A stretch of DNA of 64,000 nt, taken from positions 72,865-136,864 of the forward strand of contig CAJTXM010000001.1 of NCBI GenBank assembly GCA_910583545.1, in the 5' to 3' direction. The stretch is from an uncultured Christensenella sp. (lineage in GTDB: Bacteria > Bacillota > Clostridia > Christensenellales > Borkfalkiaceae). Below the pieces are notes generated by a model. That model worked only from the letters and a program-made list of their open reading frames with translations, did not search any database and had not been told where the DNA came from. A program made the position numbers and the translations under genes. Positions within the stretch are counted from its first letter, which is position 1; each line of letters begins with the position of its first letter. Shown in pieces: positions 17,015 to 23,317 of this stretch.

Positions 17015-17822
17015 GAAATATTACGTTGTGGCTGACGTCCACGGCTTTTATGACTATATGATAGAAGCCTTGACCGAAAAAGGTTACTTTACGGATGCGG
17101 CACCGCATAAATTAATTATCTGCGGAGATTTGTTCGACAGAGGAAAACAGAGCAAGGAATTGCAAGAGTTCATTCTCGGACTTTTGAAGCAAGATGAGGT
17201 TATACTTATCAAAGGCAACCACGAAGACCTGTTGGTGGATTTTGTGGAGAAGTTGCCGATATACGCTGGAATGGGTTTTCAATACACTCATCATTTTTCT
17301 AACGGAACAGTACACACGGTTCGTGATTTAACTGGAAGTACTTTGACCAAGATGGGAATGTACCCTGAGATGACGGCAAGCAAAATGAAGCAGACGGGAT
17401 TTTTCAGAACAATTCTCCCAGCAATGCGAAATTATTACGAAACCAAGAATTACATTTTTGTACATGGGTGGATACCGTCTATTGCTAATGGAACGGGCGG
17501 AAATGCAAGTTTCTTCCAATTCAATCCCGAATGGAGAAATGATGATGCCGCTGGCTGGTATTTTGCACGTTGGTATAACGGTATGCTTGCAGCGCATCAG
17601 GGTGTTATTGAGCCTGGGAAGACGATTGTATGTGGTCATTGGCATACATCATACGGACATTCAAGGTATGAAGATAAAGGTGAGGAGTTCGGCAAGGATG
17701 AAGACTTTTCGCCTTACTATGCGGATGGCATAATCGCACTTGATGCTTGCACGGTACACAGCAGGAAGGTTAACTGTGTTGTCATAGAAGATGATGAGTT
17801 GACTACCGCCGATGAAACGTAA
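17013..17822 (+). CDS. Calcineurin-like metallophosphoesterase (PrpE/ApaH/lambda-phosphatase type)
   Basis: Start moved to ATG 17013. Motifs VVADVHG, ICGDLFDRG, IKGNHED, FVHGW, VCGHWH. Confidence 0.8.
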   Translation: MKYYVVADVHGFYDYMIEALTEKGYFTDAAPHKLIICGDLFDRGKQSKELQEFILGLLKQDEVILIKGNHEDLLVDFVEKLPIYAGMGFQYTHHFSNGTVHTVRDLTGSTLTKMGMYPEMTASKMKQTGFFRTILPAMRNYYETKNYIFVHGWIPSIANGTGGNASFFQFNPEWRNDDAAGWYFARWYNGMLAAHQGVIEPGKTIVCGHWHTSYGHSRYEDKGEEFGKDEDFSPYYADGIIALDACTVHSRKVNCVVIEDDELTTADET

Positions 17823-17961
17823 ACCTCAGCCGCCTTTAAATTTCAGATTTCACGGTACACTGGACTTATTCCAGTTGCTGGATGTGTGTATGGAAGCTAA
17901 CATTCCTAAGGTTGAGAAAGCTATAGCTGATTGGAAGTCTCAAAGCGAAAATTCCGATAAG

Positions 17962-18010
17962 TGTCCAAAAATATGCACAAATCAAGTAAACGACTGTCCA
18001 AAAATATGCA
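17962..18010 (+). repeat. Perfect 16-bp direct repeat TGTCCAAAAATATGCA, two copies
   Basis: Copies at 17962-17977 and 17995-18010, 33 bp start to start. The second ends just before the RBS of the SGNH gene. Confidence 0.7.
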
Positions 18011-18024
18011 TAGGAGGGTTGGCG

Positions 18025-18693
18025 ATGGGTAATGCCCCCCAAAAGAAGGTTTCTATCCTTGGTGATTCCATATCTACGTATATGGGATTCAACCCTTATG
18101 GTTACCCAGTATATTATAAAGAAGACAAGTCATACGACAACGAAATTGACAGTGTAAACGACACCTGGTGGAAACAGGTTATAGACGGCATTGGCGGAGA
18201 GCTGTGCATAAATGATTCATATTCGGGAAGTTTGGTCGCTGGAGTATTTGAGTCATCGGCTTGCTCAAAAGAGAGATGCTCAAATCTGCATAGCGAATCT
18301 GCCCCGGACATTATTCTCATTTATATGGGGACTAATGACAGGGGGTATGAGATTAAACTTGGGTTGAATGAGCCAGAGAACACAATGGGGTTCTATGGGG
18401 CATATAGGGTTATGCTGCGGCAATTAAAAAACAATTACCCTACGACTAAAATCGTGTGCGGCACGTTGTTGATAGGATACAAAAAGGACGAAAAAGAACG
18501 TTACATTCGAGCGGATGCACGCTATAATGACGTAATAAGATTGGTTGCAAAAGAGGAAGGTTGCTTGCTGGCAGACATAGCACAATCGGGTGAGTGCTAC
18601 GAAACTTTGGACTATTGCCACCCTACAAAAAAAGGACATAAACAAATAGCAAAACTTTGGTTGGCAGCATTAAAAACTTTACTGACTGAATAA
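18025..18693 (+). CDS. SGNH/GDSL-family hydrolase
   Basis: Start set at ATG 18025, with AGGAGGG upstream. Block I ILGDSIS, block III YMGTNDR, block V DYCHP (DxxH). An upstream in-frame extension to 17812/17890 cannot be excluded. Confidence 0.75.
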   Translation: MGNAPQKKVSILGDSISTYMGFNPYGYPVYYKEDKSYDNEIDSVNDTWWKQVIDGIGGELCINDSYSGSLVAGVFESSACSKERCSNLHSESAPDIILIYMGTNDRGYEIKLGLNEPENTMGFYGAYRVMLRQLKNNYPTTKIVCGTLLIGYKKDEKERYIRADARYNDVIRLVAKEEGCLLADIAQSGECYETLDYCHPTKKGHKQIAKLWLAALKTLLTE

Positions 18694-18722
18694 AACTACA
18701 AATGATTTTTAGGAGATTAAAA

Positions 18723-19046
18723 ATGAAGTTTGAAGAACTTTTTGCGCTTGGATATGAATATAACAGAAAAGCATTGGCACAAGCAATATATCAAATCGAT
18801 AACTATAATAATGAGCCAACCAGCAAGGAAAAGAAAAGAGAATTAGGATATAGGAAATCTGTAGCTTCAAATCAAAAAGAAAAAGAAATTTTAGAAGAAT
18901 ACAAAGAGGAACTTTTAAAAGATAGGGCATCGCCGCTTAGCTATCGGGTGGATGGGCATATGACAGAAATTGACAATGAGCGAAAGGAAGAAATATATGA
19001 TTGTGTCTTGAATGAAATCAATAGAATAATTCAAGAATTGAACTGA
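18723..19046 (+). CDS. 107-aa charged protein, unknown function
   Basis: ATG 18723, with AGGAGA upstream. MKFEELFALGYEYNRKALAQ... Confidence 0.55.
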   Translation: MKFEELFALGYEYNRKALAQAIYQIDNYNNEPTSKEKKRELGYRKSVASNQKEKEILEEYKEELLKDRASPLSYRVDGHMTEIDNERKEEIYDCVLNEINRIIQELN

Positions 19047-19119
19047 GTCAAAACCCTAATAAGAATGCAATTTATCTGTAAAAGTGGTATTCTTAAAGGG
19101 TGCAATATAAAAAATAAGA

Positions 19120-19155
19120 TTGCAACCTTGCGGATATGGCGATAAGGTTGCAACC
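19120..19155 (+). promoter_or_regulatory. Inverted repeat TTGCAACCTT / AAGGTTGCAA (the right arm extends to the palindrome GGTTGCAACC)
   Basis: Arms at 19120-19129 and 19144-19153 with a 14-nt spacer. GTGCAATAT lies at 19100-19108. The words match those at 16960-17014. Confidence 0.6.
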
Positions 19156-19178
19156 ATAAATGTAATCTTGATTTCTTG

Positions 19179-19212
19179 AAATCTCACCTCTATAGGGTGG
19201 TGGGATTTTTTT
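19179..19212 (+). terminator. Rho-independent terminator
   Basis: Stem AAATCTCACC / GGTGGGATTT with one G-U pair, followed by a T7 run. Confidence 0.7.
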
Positions 19213-19226
19213 GTGGTGTTGGAAAA

Positions 19227-19284
19227 GGGGAGTTTTGGTCAAATGCCTATCGTTCAACCCCCAAAAATGGGGAGTTTCGGTCAA
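19227..19284 (+). repeat. Direct repeats GGGGAGTTTTGGTCAA / GGGGAGTTTCGGTCAA
   Basis: Copies at 19227-19242 and 19269-19284, 42 bp apart with 15 of 16 positions identical. They lie 3' of the integrase gene. Confidence 0.65.
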
Positions 19285-19296
19285 TACACGCAGCAG

Positions 19297-19335
19297 AACG
19301 GGAGAAATTCACAAAATTTCTCCCGTTTTGTTATC
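19297..19335 (+). terminator. Perfect 13-bp hairpin with a T-rich tail
   Basis: AACGGGAGAAATT cacaa AATTTCTCCCGTT followed by TTGTTATCTTT. Confidence 0.65.
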
Positions 19336-19402
19336 TTTGGGAAGTAATTGGGAAGTGGTTTTTGCCCGATTTCAGCCCAAAACAGGTGTTTTTGTGTGTT
19401 AT

Positions 19403-20635
19403 TTACAGTTCATAGTCTATTTTGTTAATTTTTTGCAAGATATACTCTTGTGAATAAGTTGTATAGCCTCTGTCCACTCGCGAAGTCTTTACGTCCGAGT
19501 CAAACTCGTGTCCTGCCCATTTCATAACAAGTTCGGGGTTGCACCCACATTCTTTTGCTCTCGTAATGAAGCTGTAACGCAGTTCGTGGATATGTCTTTC
19601 AGGAAATATCCGTTTCAGCGCGTCTCGAATTGTATAGCGATTAGTCGCTTTTGCCTGTTCCAAATCGATTAACGGCAAAACTTTTTTCAGCATCGGCGAT
19701 ATGGGTATTTGCCTTATTACTTTTGCATAGCCCTTTCTCGTCTTTTCCGATTCGCAGTAAATAAACGTGTCGTCATAAGTTATCGTTTCCAGCTCGCCCA
19801 CGCGCATACCCGTATAGAGTAGGGTAAGAATAGCGGAGTTGCCGGCATAGTGCAGATTTTCCTTACAGAAGTCAATTATTGTTTTCTCTTCGGCTTTGGT
19901 AAACGCCTTGCCTTTCTTGACTTCGTAGTGCGAAAGTACGATTTTTGCCATCGGCGTTTTTATGCCGTAGTCCTCGGCAATTACGTCAAATATTGCAGAT
20001 AAAAGTAATTTCAGTTTCTGTGCGGTGCGATTTTTGCCGCTGTCCGTCAGTTCAAACAGAAAGTCCTGAATATCTTTTCTCATTATTTCGTTGACGTGGT
20101 AATGACCGAACTTCGGCAGAATATTGTGCGACAGCAAGTTGACGTAGCTTTTGTGAGTCGTCTCTTTAACCGTTTGCTTCTTGACTTTAAGCCAATCGTT
20201 TATGAAGTCTGCAAATAGGGGGTAACCTGCGTTTTGCTTTGCCTTTTCTGCGGCAAGCAACTTGTCCAAGAATTTTTGTCTCATTATATCGAAGCTCTTG
20301 GACGCAACCTCGATATTGTAACCGTCTCTACGGAACCGCGCTTGGTACAAGCCATTCACATTGCGGTAGGTTACGATTTTGTCGTTTATGGTAAATAATT
20401 TCTTTAAGTAGTCCGACATAGAATTTATCTCCTTAGGTTTGAATTTGATAAATCCGTTTGTTGCGGTTTCCTTAAAATCAACTCTTGTTTCCCTTTTAGT
20501 TAGTTGTTTCAACCTGTCCAGAGTTATGCTTTCCGAAGCCGCTTTCAATTTAATCTGCGTAACTTCGTCCCGCTCGTTCTCGGACGGCATGTACTTAATT
20601 GCATTGAATACTTTTTGTAATTCGATGTCTGTCAA
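19403..20635 (-). CDS. Tyrosine recombinase / phage-type integrase
   Basis: LLYTGMRVGEL...HELRYSFITRA...WAGHEF...RGYTTY gives the R..HxxR..Y catalytic layout, with an N-terminal SAM-like domain. TTG start with AAGGA upstream. Confidence 0.85.
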   Translation of the reverse strand: MTDIELQKVFNAIKYMPSENERDEVTQIKLKAASESITLDRLKQLTKRETRVDFKETATNGFIKFKPKEINSMSDYLKKLFTINDKIVTYRNVNGLYQARFRRDGYNIEVASKSFDIMRQKFLDKLLAAEKAKQNAGYPLFADFINDWLKVKKQTVKETTHKSYVNLLSHNILPKFGHYHVNEIMRKDIQDFLFELTDSGKNRTAQKLKLLLSAIFDVIAEDYGIKTPMAKIVLSHYEVKKGKAFTKAEEKTIIDFCKENLHYAGNSAILTLLYTGMRVGELETITYDDTFIYCESEKTRKGYAKVIRQIPISPMLKKVLPLIDLEQAKATNRYTIRDALKRIFPERHIHELRYSFITRAKECGCNPELVMKWAGHEFDSDVKTSRVDRGYTTYSQEYILQKINKIDYEL

Positions 20636-20844
20636 GTATCCTTATTCGGACAGTCAGTTTTTTTATTTTACCGCGCCATTATAGTTAAGAATACTATGTT
20701 CTCTTTTCAAAACTGTTTTCCTCCTAAAAAATTATTTTGTGCAAACGGAGGGAGCTGTCCGTCATACTCCGCCTGCGGAATGTTAATACGATTATAACGA
20801 CCTGACGTAAAAAGTCAAGGGTCTATTTAAAAATACTAAATTTT

Positions 20845-21669
20845 TTAATAGCGGTATGGTAAGTCGTCGAAATCGGGAATAAAGTCGTACTTATCATCTT
20901 CGTATCTTCCGAAACGCTTTTTCTGTTCAAGACAAGTGCTTCTGAAAGGCGAAATGCTTTTGCCTCGCACTGCACCGTACTTTTCGGAAACTTTGTTATA
21001 GAAGTCTTCCTGCAAATCAAAAAACGAAGTTGTTCCACCACGCTGTTTCCAAAACTCTGTACGGCATAGAAGAGGACTGTCAAAGTTTTCTTTTTCACGA
21101 TAAAGCGGTTCTCCGTTTTCATCGGTCAACTGCAAAAGTGTGCCGTAATCGTTTTTCTCTTTACTCATAATCTTCGCTTGCCATTTAGGTGTTATCGGTA
21201 AGTAGTAGACAAATAGATTGCGCCTGTTCGGCTCGGTAATTATTACAGCACAGATAATGTTCTTATCTGTACCGAGATAACCTATCTTGTCCACAGCAAA
21301 GGAATAGCACTTTTTAAAGTAACCTCCAATTTCATACTCATTCGGGAAACTGTCCCAGAATTCTTTGTTTCCGCCGACTTGAAGACATTCCAAAACTACG
21401 TTGCGCTTTCGTTTATTGAACTGTGCGTTCAATTTATCCATCGCTACTTTCCAAGCCTGTTCGGTTGTGTTATGTAATAACTTTAAGTACTCAATTTCGA
21501 ATTCCCGTTCGCATCTCGAAAGGTAATCGTCCACGGTTTGTAATTCCTGCATAGTGTGAGTTAATACGGAAATAGTTGCGTGCTTGTCCCGTGGCAGTTT
21601 CCACGGTGCAATTTCGTCCGGCAACAAATCTACGTTTTTCTTGTTCCAAAGATAATTATTCATTTTCAC
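20845..21669 (-). CDS. Mob_Pre (MobV)-like protein with a degenerate active-site motif
   Basis: NVVLECLQVGGNKEFW...YFKKCYSFAVDKIG...NIICAVIITEPNRRNLFVYYLPI and FFDLQEDFYNKVSEKYGAVRG parallel the MobM segments AVLCDEWIITS...[22 protein letters not shown] and LKHIQEDLPRYMSDHGFELERG, but the HxDE..PHxH histidines are absent. Confidence 0.5.
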   Translation of the reverse strand: MKMNNYLWNKKNVDLLPDEIAPWKLPRDKHATISVLTHTMQELQTVDDYLSRCEREFEIEYLKLLHNTTEQAWKVAMDKLNAQFNKRKRNVVLECLQVGGNKEFWDSFPNEYEIGGYFKKCYSFAVDKIGYLGTDKNIICAVIITEPNRRNLFVYYLPITPKWQAKIMSKEKNDYGTLLQLTDENGEPLYREKENFDSPLLCRTEFWKQRGGTTSFFDLQEDFYNKVSEKYGAVRGKSISPFRSTCLEQKKRFGRYEDDKYDFIPDFDDLPYRY

Positions 21670-21713
21670 CTCCTTAATTTATTTCTGCTCATGGATGCGG
21701 ATTTTCTAAGGGA

Positions 21714-21747
21714 AGCAAAAGTCGGCTCTTTGTTCAAGAGCCGACTT
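21714..21747 (-). terminator. Rho-independent terminator for the small-ORF transcript
   Basis: 12-bp stem AAGTCGGCTCTT / AAGAGCCGACTT, followed on the minus strand by TTTTGCTT. Confidence 0.6.
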
Positions 21748-21870
21748 AACGTTCCTCACTATATAAGCCACGAGAACGCCGAAAATATTACTAAAATAAG
21801 AAAATTTCTAAAAAATTTTTATTTGGATAGATTTTTACCCGTATAAGCCTTGTAAAACTGTCTTAACCGT

Positions 21871-22077
21871 CTATTCCGCCATTTTGCTACATAAGGGTAA
21901 AAACGTTGTGTAAGATATTCTTCCATGCCCATGTTCAATCTTTTTGTAATCTTTTCTATCGCAGAAAATATGCTTGTATAGAACTTGTCCGATTCGTGTA
22001 TCCAGCTCTATAATGTTGAAAGTAACGTAACAGTCATTGATAAACACTGTATTTTCATACATAAATTCTTTACACAT
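21871..22077 (-). CDS. 68-aa hypothetical protein
   Basis: ATG with AAGAGG upstream. MCKEFMYENTVFINDCYVTF... No motif recognised. Confidence 0.4.
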   Translation of the reverse strand: MCKEFMYENTVFINDCYVTFNIIELDTRIGQVLYKHIFCDRKDYKKIEHGHGRISYTTFLPLCSKMAE

Positions 22078-22259
22078 TTTCGATTACCTCTTATATAATC
22101 TTGAACCAAATGAAATAGGTAACGCATATCACGTGTTTCAATTCCTACTTTGTCTGTCTTTGAGGCGTTCATAACTTCAAGCTCGACTGTATGAAATTCG
22201 TAATAAGTTGCTGAGTATTCACCCTCGGTTATGGGGCGTTTAATGCAGTCCTCGAACAC
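22008..22259 (-). CDS. 83-aa hypothetical protein (GTG start; frame stays open upstream into the junction)
   Basis: It overlaps the next ORF by 70 nt and has no ATG. It may be 5'-truncated by the element boundary or may be non-coding. Confidence 0.3.
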   Translation of the reverse strand: MFEDCIKRPITEGEYSATYYEFHTVELEVMNASKTDKVGIETRDMRYLFHLVQDYIRGNRKCVKNLCMKIQCLSMTVTLLSTL

Positions 22260-22288
22260 CTTAATGTATGCGGTGCTTTTTTTGCTGA

Positions 22289-22555
22289 CAGGCGATCGCA
22301 GGCAACTGCAAGGCGCTCATTTCTATGCAGGACGATACCGACCGCGCCGCCGCGTGCAGCGTTGCAGATAAGAGCGGCGTCTGGTTTTCGGTCATCGGAA
22401 CCTGCATATACGGCACCGAAGAATGGAACGAAATGTCAAGCTATGATCATTACGTCGGCTAGATAGGCACGTCGCTCGACAGCGAGGTCAAGGCAGGCTA
22501 CGATATGGTTAAGAAATATATCGACATCATCAACGAGAGGGGAGCTCAGAACTGA
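22289..22555 (+). pseudogene. Orphan 3' fragment of a host gene with an in-frame TAG
   Basis: The frame opens at 22289, exactly at the composition jump, with no start codon. It reads ...GVWFSVIGTCIYGTEEWNEMSSYDHYVG*IGTSLDSEVKAGYDMVKKYIDIINERGAQN. TAG is at 22460-22462 and the stop TGA at 22553-22555, 2 nt before the esterase start. Confidence 0.6.
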
Positions 22556-22557
22556 GT

Positions 22558-23296
22558 ATGGCAAGATTTAATTTACGGTTCGTAAGTAAATCTTTGCTGA
22601 GAAAGGTTGAAGTAAACCTCGTTATACCGTCGCTCGATCTTCACGGCGCAATCGCCGAAAAAAAATCCGCGCCATTACCGCGACAGCGATAAGAAATATC
22701 CGCTTATCATTTTGCTGTCCGGCTTCGGCGACGACAACGAAGCGTGGCTGTTGCAGACTAATATATCCGCGCTCTGCGCCGAGTATGGAGTAGCCGTCGC
22801 ATTGATCGGCGGTGAAAACAAATGGTATCTCGACCAAAGCCCGATAGACGGCTGGCACACTTTTATCGAAGACGAGCTTCCCGATTTTCTGTACGGCAAT
22901 TTTTCGGCTCTCGATCAGAACAGGCTTCCCGTCATAGGCGGAGTTTCTATGGGCGGTTACGGCGCGCTGTACAACGGGCTGAAATCTCCCGAAAAATATT
23001 CGGCGATTATGGCGCTGTCGCCTGCGACAAAGCCCGACGGGATAGTGGATGAAACCGCGCACGGAACATTGAAGGAGCTGTTTTCGAAAGCTAAAGGCAG
23101 ATTGCCTTATACCTATATATCCGTTGGCGATAAAGACTTTATCTACGAAGTCAGCAAACAGTTAGACGGCTGGCTTACGCAAAACGGAACGGGCGTAAAT
23201 TATACGTTCGTCGGGGGATATGCCCATACCTGGGACCTGTGGCGGACGGAAATAGTCAAATTTTTACAGGAACTTAAAAATAAAAAAATAATTTAA
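22558..23296 (+). pseudogene. Esterase (esterase D family) interrupted by a +1 frameshift in an A8 run
   Basis: The frame from ATG 22558 gives MARFNLRFVSKSLLRKVEVNLVIPS... and stops at 22690. The +1 frame continues ...DSDKKYPLIILLSGFGDDNEAWL...GGVSMGGYGA (GxSxG). The frames overlap across AAAAAAAA at 22658-22665, and deleting one A joins them. Confidence 0.75.
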
Positions 23297-23317
23297 AATT
23301 TTCTCGGAGGAAAATGT

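Larger units (their letters stand above)
2462..22288. mobile_element. Composite or stacked integrative-element region (three large serine recombinases, one tyrosine integrase, Mob-like gene, cargo modules)
   Basis: It holds four recombinase genes, an XRE regulator, an AAA_25 ATPase and a Mob_Pre-like gene. It is visibly AT-richer than the flanks. The right edge coincides with a truncated host gene and a composition jump at about 22260-22290. The left edge is provisional (after the phage terminator). Confidence 0.6.
19047..22288. mobile_element. Possible small integrative mobilisable module (integrase, Mob_Pre-like gene, two small ORFs)
   Basis: All genes are on the minus strand. The integrase 3' end faces a repeat-rich 350-bp gap, and the right end is the composition jump. 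I could not identify flanking direct repeats. Confidence 0.35.

Noticed and set aside
19176-19453. Plus-strand ORFs 19176-19415 and 19211-19453
   Set aside because: They run through two terminator hairpins and the direct repeats and have no RBS. The region is better explained as regulatory or att DNA.
19359-22285. TTTTTGC at 19359-19365 and 22279-22285 as the att core repeats of the integrase module
   Set aside because: A T-rich 7 bp is too short and too common to call. The element ends remain undefined.
22460-22462. The in-frame TAG as programmed recoding (pyrrolysine or readthrough)
   Set aside because: The ORF has no start and is cut by the element boundary, and the neighbouring gene is also broken. 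Simple decay is far more likely.
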